Assembly: GCA_045646325.1 (NCBI GenBank) | Contig: JAZRKM010000046.1 | Span: forward strand, 29,405 to 93,404 | Source: Akkermansia sp. | Lineage (GTDB): Bacteria > Verrucomicrobiota > Verrucomicrobiia > Verrucomicrobiales > Akkermansiaceae | DNA: 64,000 nt | Direction of reading: 5' to 3' | Part shown: positions 26,914 to 36,632 of the stretch, piece by piece | Numbering within the stretch: the first letter of the stretch is position 1 | How the letters are laid out: each line of letters opens with the position of its first letter | Notes under the pieces: generated by a model | What the model saw: only the letters and a program-made list of their open reading frames with translations | Told to the model about the DNA's origin: nothing | The model's database searches: none | Translations under genes and position numbers: made by a program

Positions 26914-27738
26914 ATGTCCCCCATCAACACGGTAGCGTTACATGTCGGCATGCCCTCGCGTGCCAATGATGTGGTTGCCGAGCGTTTCTCCGCTGCCTGT
27001 CAGGCTGCCGGGTTGCAGGTCGGTGCGTATGACCCGGGTGCGGCGAGTGCGCCGGATGTTCTGGTGTGCCTGGGGGGTGATGGCACTATGCTGTCCGTGG
27101 CCGAGCAGGCCGCCCGCCGAGGCATTATTCTGGCCGGTATCAATACCGGGCACCTCGGTTTTCTGACCACTTGCAGCAATAACGAATATCAGGCCCTCAT
27201 ATCGGCTCTTGTCAATGGCTCCTATATTGTTGAGCAACGCTCCTTGTTGCAGGTTATTCAGCGCAGCGGCCAGCAGGAATATGAGCCCTGCTACGCACTC
27301 AACGAGCTTTCGCTCATGCGTGCGCAGACCGGCCGCATGATTGATGTGGACGTTGAGCTTGACGGGCGGCTGCTTAATTGCTACCACGCGGATGGTGTGC
27401 TGGTGGCTACGCCCACCGGTTCAACCGCCTATTCGCTCTCTGCCGGCGGGGCCTTGCTCTGGCCCAGTGCCGAAGTGGTGACCTTGACCCCCATCTGCCC
27501 CCACAGTCTCAACAGCCGCCCCATCGTGGTGCCTGATTCGCTTGAAATTACGCTGCGCCCTGTGGCGCGCCGCGGCCGGGCGGAGGAGTCCATCATCTAT
27601 TCCATCGATGGTCAGAGCGCTCGCCCTATCAATGTGAACGATACGCTCACCGTGCGCAAGGCTGCTGTCGGGTTGAAGCTGCTCTGCCTGCCCAACCACG
27701 ACTATGCCGAACGTCTGCGCGCCAAAATGGGGTGGTGA
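26914..27738 (+). CDS. nadK: NAD(+) kinase
   Basis: GGDGTML, GINTGHLGFL, ALNE, DGVLVATPTGSTAYSLSAGG. Confidence 0.93.
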   Translation: MSPINTVALHVGMPSRANDVVAERFSAACQAAGLQVGAYDPGAASAPDVLVCLGGDGTMLSVAEQAARRGIILAGINTGHLGFLTTCSNNEYQALISALVNGSYIVEQRSLLQVIQRSGQQEYEPCYALNELSLMRAQTGRMIDVDVELDGRLLNCYHADGVLVATPTGSTAYSLSAGGALLWPSAEVVTLTPICPHSLNSRPIVVPDSLEITLRPVARRGRAEESIIYSIDGQSARPINVNDTLTVRKAAVGLKLLCLPNHDYAERLRAKMGW

Positions 27739-27833
27739 TGGCCGTTGCGAGTCATGAGGATGGGCTGTAACTGCGTCAGCCATTGCCAAAGGTATTGCAT
27801 GCCCGGAGGGGCTGTGGTAGAATGTGCGGCGTT

Positions 27834-28415
27834 ATGGCAAATACATCTCTTACCCCTGAGCTTGTGAAGCTCACCACCGACCTGGCGAACGCTTTTGCTG
27901 CCAGCCAGAAGGTCGTTTCTGCCCGTGCCCGCATCGGCCTTTTCTACCAGAACCCTGCTGCTACCGACCTCTTCCGCAAGGTGAACGAGTACGGCGAGAA
28001 ACTGCGCAACAAGCACATGGAGGGCATGCCCCCCTCCGAAGAAGAGATTGCCACCTTCGACCGTCTGCGTCAGGATGTGGTGGAAAACCCCATCTGCAAG
28101 GGTTTCCTCGAAGCTCGTCAGGAGCTTGATGAACTGCTTTCCACGGTCAATCAGTACCTCTGCATTGCTATCGATAAGGGGGCTGCCCCCACGGATGAAG
28201 AGGTGGCTGATTCCATGTCTCAGCAGGTGAGCTGCTCCTGCGGTGGTGGTTGCTCCGGCAACTGCGATGACTGCGAGAGCGACTGCAAGAACCATGGCGA
28301 AGGCGAGCACCAGTGCAAGTGCGGCGGCCATGGCGAGTGCTGCGGCGGCCACGGCGATGGCGAGTGCTGCGGTGGCCACGGCGAAGGTCACGAGTGCAAG
28401 TGCGGTCGCCACTGA
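27834..28415 (+). CDS. YlbF/YmcA (RicAF, DUF964)-like protein with Cys/His/Gly-rich C-terminal tail
   Basis: Helical domain ending ENPICKGFLEARQELDELLSTVNQYL resembles the YlbF/YmcA family. Promoter TTGCAT-17-TAGAAT, 10 nt to ATG. Confidence 0.75.
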   Translation: MANTSLTPELVKLTTDLANAFAASQKVVSARARIGLFYQNPAATDLFRKVNEYGEKLRNKHMEGMPPSEEEIATFDRLRQDVVENPICKGFLEARQELDELLSTVNQYLCIAIDKGAAPTDEEVADSMSQQVSCSCGGGCSGNCDDCESDCKNHGEGEHQCKCGGHGECCGGHGDGECCGGHGEGHECKCGRH

Positions 28416-28448
28416 CCTGCTGCTGCGTTTTGATAAGATAGAATCCGG

Positions 28449-28480
28449 CCCCGGTTGCGTAAAGGTAACCGGGGTTGTTG
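28449..28480 (+). terminator. Intrinsic terminator after the YlbF-like gene
   Basis: CCCCGGTTGC-gtaaag-GTAACCGGGG followed by TTGTTG. Confidence 0.6.
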
Positions 28481-28571
28481 AATTTAGCCTTTTTATGCGG
28501 GCCGTGGCGGATTTTTGGCTTGCAGAACGGGGGGCGTTTTGATAGGATTTACACGATAGGAATATAATACC

Positions 28572-30311
28572 ATGCTTGAAGCTCGAAATATATGCCTGGA
28601 GGTAGATAACGGTGAGGAGAGTGTATTTCTGCTCAACGATGTGAATTTCTGTGTGCCGCGTGGGCATTTCATGGCGATTGTGGGGCCGTCCGGCTGTGGT
28701 AAGACTACGCTGCTGAAAGCCATTGCCGGTATTAAAGAAACCACTTCCGGTTCTTTCTTCTGGGAGGGCCGCGACCTGAGCGAAGATGGTGATTTTGAAC
28801 CGCATGAGATAGGTTATGTGCCGCAGTTCAGTATTGCCTATGAGGAGCTGACGGTAGATGAAAGCGTAGAGTGCTCGGCCCGCATGCGTGTGAATGCGCC
28901 GGAGGATGAGCTTAATGACATCATCGATAATGTGCTGGCTGAAACCGGCCTGGCCGAGATAGCTGACCGGCAGGTAAAGCTGCTTTCCGGTGGGCAGCGC
29001 CGCCGCCTGGCCTTGGCCATGGAGCTGGTGAGCAGCCCGCGAATCCTGCTGTGCGATGAAGTGACCAGCGGGCTTGACCCGCGCTCCGAGCGTGAGATTG
29101 TGCAGTTGCTGCATGAACTGAGCATGAAAGATGGCCGAATTGTCATCTCCGTGACCCACAGCCTTGCCCAGATGGAGCTTTACGATAGCGTGATGGTGCT
29201 GGTACGCGGCAATCTGGCTTATCATGGCTCACCCGGTGCCATGTCTCACTACTTCTCCGTATCTGATTTTGAGGAAGTCTACCCCAGACTTGCTCTGCGC
29301 GAACCGATTGAGTGGAACGCCAGCTGGCTCAAGCACCGCAAGGATTATTACGCCAAGCTGGGGGACGAACATATAGAAAAATTCGCCCTCCGTGGGGAAA
29401 CTCCGCCGCCGCCCAGCCCCCGCCATGAGGACGGCGAGGAGGAAGACGCACCCGCCACCCCCGGTTTCTTCACGCAGATGGGGGTATTGCTGCGTCGGCG
29501 CTTCTCCATTCTCATGCGCGACCGTACTCAGCTGATGTTGCAGGTGGCCATGATTCTGATTTTCCCGGTGCTGGTGGCACTTTTCTCCAGCAAGGGGCAG
29601 GACCAGCTGCTGAACCTGACCGACATGCAGGGCTCTGACCTCATGGCTGAGGCTCAGGCACAGCAGGAACAGGCCGAAGTGCGCGCCAGGGTTGGCTCGG
29701 CGGTGTCCGGCATCATCATGTTTGAGGTCATTCTGCTCGGGCTGATGGGGGCGAATAATTCTTCCCGCGAGGTTGCAGGTGAGCGCCTGATTCTGGAAAA
29801 AGAGAAGTTTGCCGGAGCCGGAGTAGGGGCATACGTAGCCTCGAAGGCCGTGTATCTGGGCACCTTGGTACTCATCCAGAGCTTGTGGATGTATTTCTTC
29901 GTGGAGTGGTTCTGGCCTTACCGCGGCGACACGATGAACCACTTGTCGTTCCTGCTGCTGGCGAATGCTGCCATGACCAGCGTGTGCCTGGGAATTTCCG
30001 CTAACTGCAAGACCCCTGACCAGGCCTCGCTGCTGAGCATTTATCTGGTGGGCTTCCAGTTGCCGCTTTCCGGGGCGGTGCTGGCTCTGCCCGGTACCAT
30101 CGAGACGATCACCCAGCCGTTCATCTCTGCCTACTGGGCATGGAGCGGTAGTATAGAGGGCGGCCTGGGGCCGGATGAGTTGAAGGCGGTCAAGAGCATC
30201 GTCCAGACAACTTTCAGCGGGGCAGATTTCTGCCGCCTGGTTCTGATTCTGCATATCATAGTAGGCCTGTTCCTGACCTGGCTGGGCGTTCGCCGTTCCC
30301 GCTGGGAGTGA
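28572..30311 (+). CDS. ABC transporter, NBD-TMD fused half-transporter (ABCG/ABC-2-like)
   Basis: GPSGCGKTT, YVPQ, LSGGQRRR, LLCDEVTSGLDP, followed by about six TM helices with REVAGERLI (EAA-like). Confidence 0.88.
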   Translation: MLEARNICLEVDNGEESVFLLNDVNFCVPRGHFMAIVGPSGCGKTTLLKAIAGIKETTSGSFFWEGRDLSEDGDFEPHEIGYVPQFSIAYEELTVDESVECSARMRVNAPEDELNDIIDNVLAETGLAEIADRQVKLLSGGQRRRLALAMELVSSPRILLCDEVTSGLDPRSEREIVQLLHELSMKDGRIVISVTHSLAQMELYDSVMVLVRGNLAYHGSPGAMSHYFSVSDFEEVYPRLALREPIEWNASWLKHRKDYYAKLGDEHIEKFALRGETPPPPSPRHEDGEEEDAPATPGFFTQMGVLLRRRFSILMRDRTQLMLQVAMILIFPVLVALFSSKGQDQLLNLTDMQGSDLMAEAQAQQEQAEVRARVGSAVSGIIMFEVILLGLMGANNSSREVAGERLILEKEKFAGAGVGAYVASKAVYLGTLVLIQSLWMYFFVEWFWPYRGDTMNHLSFLLLANAAMTSVCLGISANCKTPDQASLLSIYLVGFQLPLSGAVLALPGTIETITQPFISAYWAWSGSIEGGLGPDELKAVKSIVQTTFSGADFCRLVLILHIIVGLFLTWLGVRRSRWE

Positions 30312-30343
30312 AGTTTAACCATTTAACCTGATATCGAATTCTT

Positions 30344-30784
30344 ATGGCTAGAAGTTCGCGCCGCGGGCGCAACAGAAAAGTGAACAGCATGCCCATTATT
30401 ATCGGCGTGCTGGGTATATTGGTCGTGGTATTGGCCGGCATGCTGTTCTTTAAACCCAAGGCACGCAGCGCCGAGCCCGAACCTTTCAACATATCACGCT
30501 ATCGCGAAGACGGCTCCCGTTTCGCCTCGGTCGGCAATCGCTATGTGCTTGAAGGTAAGGTGGAGAGCATAGAAACGCACGGGAGCAACCGCATGGTGGC
30601 AGTCTCGATACGCGGCAACAGGAATGAATTGCTGCCCCTGCTGCTGCTGGGTACTCCCCCATCGGGCGTGAATATCACGCGCGGTGACAAGTTCATATTC
30701 GATGTTTCGTGCCGTACCGGGCGAGATTCCGCCGGCAACGAGGTCAAGGGTGTATTGATTGTTAACGATGTAAAGACCAAGTGA
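30344..30784 (+). CDS. Hypothetical single-TM protein with beta-rich (possibly OB-fold) domain
   Basis: Basic N-terminus, one TM helix, YVLEGKVE beta-strand pattern; the fold is inferred. Confidence 0.7.
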   Translation: MARSSRRGRNRKVNSMPIIIGVLGILVVVLAGMLFFKPKARSAEPEPFNISRYREDGSRFASVGNRYVLEGKVESIETHGSNRMVAVSIRGNRNELLPLLLLGTPPSGVNITRGDKFIFDVSCRTGRDSAGNEVKGVLIVNDVKTK

Positions 30785-32682
30785 TGAAAACGCTGCAATA
30801 CTTTTCCCTGTTGCCCCTGGTGCTGATGACAGCCACCGGGCAGATGCCCGATAGTTTCGATGCCACCGGGCGTAGTGCCCAGGCCCAGAATGGGGTGCAG
30901 AATAATGACCCTATGCGTATAGGCGAGACCCCGCCCCCGCAGGTATTCGGCATGGAACTCCCCTTGCTCGACCCGTCGACCGATACTGTTTCTTACGGCG
31001 GTGCCAAGTTTGATGTGGGCAACAATGCTCTGGTGCGCGAGCGCTTTGAGAAGTTTCTCACTCAGGAGCCTGATGATTCCGAGCAGGCCCGCCTTTACCG
31101 CAAGCAGTTGCAGCAGATTCTTGATTTCACGGAGCGCCACAGCGGCAGTGGCTCCAAAATCGGCAGCAAGACACTCGTGAAAATCGGTATGGGGCTCTAC
31201 AAACTCTCCGATTACCCCGCCGATGGCGATCAGGGTGGTGCTCTTGCCAGTGCCATTGTCAGTGCGCTGGATGCCCTGCGCGCTAACCGTCGCCGAGATA
31301 AAGCCACTGCGGAGCTTGATGCGGAGATTGACCAGCTTATCGACAAGACGAATAAGCTCAATAATCGCAATACGAGCAGAGGCAACGGTGGTGGCCAGGC
31401 TGGTGATATCAAGAACCCCAATGCCGGCAAAATCGGCATGAATAACACGTTCCTCATCGCGGCCAATTCTACCAAGATTGCCGAGAAGAAGACCCAGCAG
31501 GGGGCGAATAACGCTGCCAATCAGGCCTCTCTAGCCGTTGCCAGGCTCAATTACCAGGGCTTGGCCGTGTGGTTCTTGCTGCAGCGTCGTTATGATCACG
31601 CTGTTATCGCTGCACGCGTGTACCGCCACATCTTCCGCGATGGCGATGTCACCATGAAACTCGACAAGGACTCCGACGCCTACAAACTCTTTACCGGTAT
31701 TTCCGGCGTGCCGCCCAGCATTAACGCGGTCGATACCATGGCTTCCAACCTTCGCAGTGAAGTTGATAAGAGTATGGAGGCCGTATACGGCGCTCTTGCT
31801 CAGAATAAGCTTGGCGTGGCTACCAACCGACTTATCGCTGCTGTGGCAGTGGGCGATTACATGCAGAGTGTGGTGTCATTCCCCGCTGAGCACAGAAAGC
31901 GAATCGATGCCTACTGGCAGTTGCGTAAGCGAGCCCTCACTACGCTCAACGCTCGTGATTACGATGGTGTGGAGGCCATTGCCGCCGAGATGAAGAAGAT
32001 GGACGTGGATTTCGATGACTCTCAGCTGCTCTCCTACACCAGTGCGCGAAAGCGCCAGAGCAACTTCGCGCTGCGCTCGGCCCGAAAGGCTTTCGAGGCC
32101 GGTAATGATGAAGAGTTCCGCCGTCTGGCTACAGAGGCTGCCGTCATCTGGCCCCGCAACCCGAACCTCGACAAGGGTGAGCAGGAGATAGCACGGGTGG
32201 ACGCCTTTGAGCCGGTGATGGAGGAGTTCCGCCGCTTGATGGCGCGCAAGGAATTCCGCAACATCTACAACGAGCGCGAGCGTTTTCAGGTGGTGGCAGC
32301 CGATAATGAGTTGAAGAAACAATACACCGAAGTGGTGGAGTTTGTCGGCGCCACTGATATCATGCTGGCCTCTTTGAAGACAGGTTCTGAGACAGACCGC
32401 ACCGTTGGTCCCTGCCTGGCGTATGAACAGATGACCCTGCTCATGAAAAAGGATGAGCGCTATTCGGCAGATAAGGTGTTCACCGATGCCTATGGTCAAT
32501 ATGCGGCACTGGCACATGATTTCGTGCAGGCTCTGACCCGTGCCGAAGATTGCGAGAAGCGCGCGGAGTATGGTTCTGCTCTTTCGTGCTACTTCCGCGC
32601 GCGTTGTTTCTTCCCGAAATCGACGATGGCGCAGGATGGGATTGACCGCACGACGAAAATCATCATCAGCGCGAGCTATTAA
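30784..32682 (+). CDS. Large hypothetical exported alpha-helical protein
   Basis: 632-aa ORF with signal peptide, helical/coiled-coil character, coupled to the upstream stop. Confidence 0.8.
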   Translation: MKTLQYFSLLPLVLMTATGQMPDSFDATGRSAQAQNGVQNNDPMRIGETPPPQVFGMELPLLDPSTDTVSYGGAKFDVGNNALVRERFEKFLTQEPDDSEQARLYRKQLQQILDFTERHSGSGSKIGSKTLVKIGMGLYKLSDYPADGDQGGALASAIVSALDALRANRRRDKATAELDAEIDQLIDKTNKLNNRNTSRGNGGGQAGDIKNPNAGKIGMNNTFLIAANSTKIAEKKTQQGANNAANQASLAVARLNYQGLAVWFLLQRRYDHAVIAARVYRHIFRDGDVTMKLDKDSDAYKLFTGISGVPPSINAVDTMASNLRSEVDKSMEAVYGALAQNKLGVATNRLIAAVAVGDYMQSVVSFPAEHRKRIDAYWQLRKRALTTLNARDYDGVEAIAAEMKKMDVDFDDSQLLSYTSARKRQSNFALRSARKAFEAGNDEEFRRLATEAAVIWPRNPNLDKGEQEIARVDAFEPVMEEFRRLMARKEFRNIYNERERFQVVAADNELKKQYTEVVEFVGATDIMLASLKTGSETDRTVGPCLAYEQMTLLMKKDERYSADKVFTDAYGQYAALAHDFVQALTRAEDCEKRAEYGSALSCYFRARCFFPKSTMAQDGIDRTTKIIISASY

Positions 32683-32689
32683 CTCCACC

Positions 32690-33565
32690 ATGGCAGCCCC
32701 GGTTGTCACACGCTTTGCCCCCACGCCCAGCGGTCCGCTGCACGTGGGGCATTTGCTTGCCGCGCTGCAGGCCCGCCGCCTGGCGGATGAACAGGGTGGG
32801 CGCTGCCTCTTGCGCATAGAGGATATCGATGTGACCCGCTCTCGCAGCCGGGAGTGGGTGGAGCTGATGTACGAGGACCTGGCGTGGCTGGGGTTGCACT
32901 TTGATGGTGAGGTGATGGTGCAGAGTGAGCGTTTTGATGTGTATGGCGCCGCGCTGGAGCAACTGCGCACGGCCGGATTGCTGTACCCCTGTTTCTGCAC
33001 CCGCAGTGAAATCAAGGCTCAGATTGCCGAGATGGGCCGAGCCCCTCACAGCAGCCTGGGCTACCTGTACCCCGGTACTTGCCGTAACCTGCCGCCGGAT
33101 GTGGTCGAGGAGCGACTCGCTCGTGGAGATTCCCACGCCTGGCGAATTGACATGCAGCGCGTGCAAGACCTGATTGGCTGCCCTGAGTGGGTGGATTTGC
33201 ACCGTGGCACGCAGCGCAGTGTGCCGACTGAATACGGCGATGTGGTGCTGGCCCGCAAAGAAATGCCTGCCAGCTATCACCTCGCGGTTGTGGTGGATGA
33301 CGCTGCGCAGGGTGTCACCCACGTCACGCGCGGGGAAGACTTGTTCGACGCCACCCACATTCACCGTGCCTTGCAGGCGGTGCTGCGACTGCCCGTGCCC
33401 CTGTATGCCCACCATGGGTTGCTGCGCGACAACTCAGGCAAGCGCTTGGCCAAGCGTGACGGCGCCCGCTCTCTGGCCTCTCTGCGCGCAGCCGGTTATA
33501 CCCCACAAGCCGTGCGCGATTCCCTCACCGCAGCTCTTGCCAACGGGGGAATATGGCAGGTGTAA
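32690..33565 (+). CDS. gluQ: Glutamyl-Q tRNA(Asp) synthetase
   Basis: RFAPTPSGPLHVGHL, LRIEDID, CFCTR, YHLAVVVDDA, RGEDL, RLAKRDG; no anticodon-binding domain. Confidence 0.92.
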   Translation: MAAPVVTRFAPTPSGPLHVGHLLAALQARRLADEQGGRCLLRIEDIDVTRSRSREWVELMYEDLAWLGLHFDGEVMVQSERFDVYGAALEQLRTAGLLYPCFCTRSEIKAQIAEMGRAPHSSLGYLYPGTCRNLPPDVVEERLARGDSHAWRIDMQRVQDLIGCPEWVDLHRGTQRSVPTEYGDVVLARKEMPASYHLAVVVDDAAQGVTHVTRGEDLFDATHIHRALQAVLRLPVPLYAHHGLLRDNSGKRLAKRDGARSLASLRAAGYTPQAVRDSLTAALANGGIWQV

Positions 33566-33577
33566 GGGCGAAGGTTA

Positions 33578-34765
33578 TTATCGAACGGGGCGCTTGACCT
33601 TACGGATATGGTGCTGCAACTCCTCGACGCTGATGGGGGGCAGTTGACCATCTTTCATGAGGGGGCTTAGCCACTCCAGCAGTTTCAGAGCGGTAGTACG
33701 GCGGTAATTCGTATCGCTCAGCGGGGAGTCTTCGTGTTTGTAGGCGATGCTCAGGTGCAGTTCCGGGACGATGCCGGCTCGGGCTGTCATCAGGGTGTGG
33801 TTGAATTCCCCTTTGCCGCCGTAGCGCAGGGTAACTTTCAAGCTGTGGCGCGTGTATTCCACAGATGAGCTCTCCTTGTAGAATTCGACCTTGGCATGGG
33901 TATGCCTGCGGAACCACTCAGCGACCTCTTCACCCAGTTCAGCGGGCAGGGCAATGTGCTGCCAGTCAATCGTGTGCGTGCGGCAGGCTTCGTGAAAATG
34001 GCGGTTCAATCGCCGCTCGCTCACGGTGCTGAGCTGTGCTTGTTCTTCATCTTTAATCTCTTTGAATGCTTGCAGAAAACCACTCAGATTGCAGGCAATA
34101 TCGTTGCCGGGATTGAGCTTGAACGTGATGCAACGCTCTTTTGCTGAACAGGTTGCCTGTGCGGGGGCTCGGTGTGCGCTGAGCCGTATTTCCGTGCCCG
34201 AGGAGGCTTCGGTCCCGACCCTGACCGTACCTGCAATGAAGTTGGGTAAATGTTTGGCCAGTTCACCGGCCGCTGTTGCCAATTCCGGCGGGGCGATGAT
34301 AACGACTTCCTGCAAGGGGAGCTGCTCACACTCCAGTTCTTCACTGAGCACGGTTTCCAGTTCACTCATGTGAACCGTTCGCAAACGGCCGTTCTCCGTC
34401 AGTCTGTTCAGACCGCGCGAGAGGCGTGCCAGACATTCTTTTTCGTGATTTTCCGGTATCAGGAGCAGAAGCTCGCCGCCGGGGGTTCTATAGATGCGGG
34501 GTGGCTCGTCTTCAAAGCCTTCCAGAACCATAAAGAGACAGTCTTCCGGAAATCCGTCAGCATTTTCCCCCGCAGCTCGTACGGTGCCGCTCACGAGTGG
34601 TTGGAGCAGGTGTATGACGGCATCGCTCCCGTGCACTACGACATCACCACTCCAGTCAATAGTGGTATTTTCCGGTTCGTATTTGTTGCAATACGGGCAG
34701 GCCCATGCCGAGCATATGATGGCGGGAAGTGCAGCGAGAGTTATGAGGGTAGTTGGGGCATTCAT
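33578..34765 (-). CDS. Hypothetical exported protein with CxxC after the signal peptide
   Basis: 395-aa ORF, signal peptide then ACPYC; 6 nt downstream of the kdtA stop. Confidence 0.7.
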   Translation of the reverse strand: MNAPTTLITLAALPAIICSAWACPYCNKYEPENTTIDWSGDVVVHGSDAVIHLLQPLVSGTVRAAGENADGFPEDCLFMVLEGFEDEPPRIYRTPGGELLLLIPENHEKECLARLSRGLNRLTENGRLRTVHMSELETVLSEELECEQLPLQEVVIIAPPELATAAGELAKHLPNFIAGTVRVGTEASSGTEIRLSAHRAPAQATCSAKERCITFKLNPGNDIACNLSGFLQAFKEIKDEEQAQLSTVSERRLNRHFHEACRTHTIDWQHIALPAELGEEVAEWFRRHTHAKVEFYKESSSVEYTRHSLKVTLRYGGKGEFNHTLMTARAGIVPELHLSIAYKHEDSPLSDTNYRRTTALKLLEWLSPLMKDGQLPPISVEELQHHIRKVKRPVR

Positions 34766-34771
34766 GTGCTG

Positions 34772-36049
34772 CTATTTGTATTGAGTTTCGACCAGGCTCA
34801 CGCTCCTGGCTGTGGCGCCGGAGTGCACATGAAGGGCTTTGTATGCGCGCTCGCAGCGGGCGGTTGCTTCTGCCTTGTCAGTGAGCACTCGACTGAGGGT
34901 ATCGGCCAGTTGTTCTTTTTCACATTGCCAGACACTGTTCTCGGCATTCAGCAGGGTAACGAGGTCGGAGAAGTTGGTCATGTCGGGCCCGAAGACAACA
35001 GGTACGCGCGCCGCAATGGCTTCCACGGGGTTCTGACCGCCGCGGGCCAGGTAACTCTTGCCGATGACAGCAACATCGGCCAGTGCTGTCCAGTCGCGCA
35101 GCTCGCCGGTGGTGTCGGCTACGTAGCAGAGGTTATCGGGCAGGGGGCTCGGCAGGCTGCCGGCTGTGCGCAGCACCGGGGCGAAGCCTGCGGCCGTGAG
35201 GTCTTTCACCACATCGGCGCGGCGTTCTGCGTGGCGGGGCACGATGAGGGGGAATGCCCCGGCCCGGCGTATGGCGGTGGCAATGAGAGCCTCCTCCCCG
35301 GCATGGGTACTGGCAGCCAGTACCACGGGCTTGCCGCCGGAGATGTTGGTGAGCAGTTCGCGGAATTCGGCACGAGGTTCGGCGGGCGTATCTCCCAGCA
35401 CGTCGAACTTAATACTGCCGGTCACGGTGATGATATCCTCATTCGCACCGATACCGCCGAAACGCCCTTTATCGTTGGCATTCTGCGCACCCAGTGCGGT
35501 CAGGCGAGAGAAAAGCAGGGAGGTGATACCGCGTACCTTGCGATAGCGACCTTCGCTGCGGGGGCTCAGGCGTGCGTTGAGCATGAGCATGGGTATGCGC
35601 ATGCGGTGGCAGGCTTCCGCAAAGTTCGGCCATAACTCAGCCTCTATCAGCACCACGGCTTTGGGTTGAAAGCGCCGCAGGCAGCGCCCGGAAAGCCCGG
35701 GGACATCCAGCGGTGAATAGAGCGCACGCACGCCGGGCAGGGCGGCATCTCTCACAACCTGGTGGCCGGTGGCGGTGCTGGTGGCCAGTACGACCGGCTC
35801 ATGGTGGGTTTTCACCCACTCTCGGATGAACTTGAGGGCGATAAACACCTCACCCACGCTGACGGCATGCACATACAGCCCGCCCTTGGGCTCGGCCGAT
35901 GCCGGTACCTTGTAAAGCCCGAATCGCTCGCGCAGCCCGGTGCCGAAACCGCCGCGCTTCTTCATTTTAATGAGATAGCCCGGTATGGAGAGAATGAGGA
36001 ATACCGGAAGCAACAGATTGTAAATCAGTAGAAAAATAAAGCGTTTCAT
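34772..36049 (-). CDS. kdtA: 3-deoxy-D-manno-octulosonic acid (Kdo) transferase
   Basis: HAVSVGE, EAELWPN, NARLS, GSIKFD, ASTHAGEE, VPRHAER, GGQNPVE. Confidence 0.95.
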   Translation of the reverse strand: MKRFIFLLIYNLLLPVFLILSIPGYLIKMKKRGGFGTGLRERFGLYKVPASAEPKGGLYVHAVSVGEVFIALKFIREWVKTHHEPVVLATSTATGHQVVRDAALPGVRALYSPLDVPGLSGRCLRRFQPKAVVLIEAELWPNFAEACHRMRIPMLMLNARLSPRSEGRYRKVRGITSLLFSRLTALGAQNANDKGRFGGIGANEDIITVTGSIKFDVLGDTPAEPRAEFRELLTNISGGKPVVLAASTHAGEEALIATAIRRAGAFPLIVPRHAERRADVVKDLTAAGFAPVLRTAGSLPSPLPDNLCYVADTTGELRDWTALADVAVIGKSYLARGGQNPVEAIAARVPVVFGPDMTNFSDLVTLLNAENSVWQCEKEQLADTLSRVLTDKAEATARCERAYKALHVHSGATARSVSLVETQYK

Positions 36050-36609
36050 ACGTCTTTGCGGTAGAAGAGAATGGTGTTTTTACCGTAGGTGCGCTCATCG
36101 ATGAGCTGCCAGCCCGGGAACTCACGCGTGTGGATATCACCCACGCCGTAGCCCAGCTGAGCCTCGGCGATAAAGTAACCGTCATCTGCCAGCAGCTCGT
36201 GCAGGCGGTCTGTCATCAGCTCCGCAATCATGTCACGGTCACCTATGGCCTTCGCGTATGGAGGGTCGGCAAAGATGATGTCGTATTTACCGGCATCGCG
36301 TTTCACGAATTGCAGGCAGTCACTCTGCACCACGCTGCCGCCCACCAGTTTGCTTTTCTCCAGATTGGTGCGGGCCATGGCGCATGATTGCCGCGCGGCG
36401 TCCACCATGCGCGCAGAGGCAGCGCCGCGGCTGAGTGCCTCCAGCCCCACTGAGCCGGAGCCGCAGTAAAGGTCGAGCACGCGGGCCCCCTCGATGATAG
36501 GGCCGATAATGTTGAAGAGAGCCTCGCGCACACGGTCCTGCGTGGGGCGTACTTCTCCCTGTGGTACTTTGATGTTGTAGCCTTTGGCCTTGCCAGCTAT
36601 AATTCTCAT
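36046..36609 (-). CDS. rsmD: 16S rRNA m2G966 methyltransferase
   Basis: MRIIAGKAKG, RPTQDRVREALFN, LDLYCGSG, FADPPY. Confidence 0.93.
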   Translation of the reverse strand: MRIIAGKAKGYNIKVPQGEVRPTQDRVREALFNIIGPIIEGARVLDLYCGSGSVGLEALSRGAASARMVDAARQSCAMARTNLEKSKLVGGSVVQSDCLQFVKRDAGKYDIIFADPPYAKAIGDRDMIAELMTDRLHELLADDGYFIAEAQLGYGVGDIHTREFPGWQLIDERTYGKNTILFYRKDV

Positions 36610-36632
36610 AAATCAGTTCGTGCCGGGGTGGT

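Noticed and set aside
28300-28410. 27-nt direct repeat resembling a mini array
   Set aside because: In-frame coding repeat (GECCGGHG) with no unique spacers and no cas genes.
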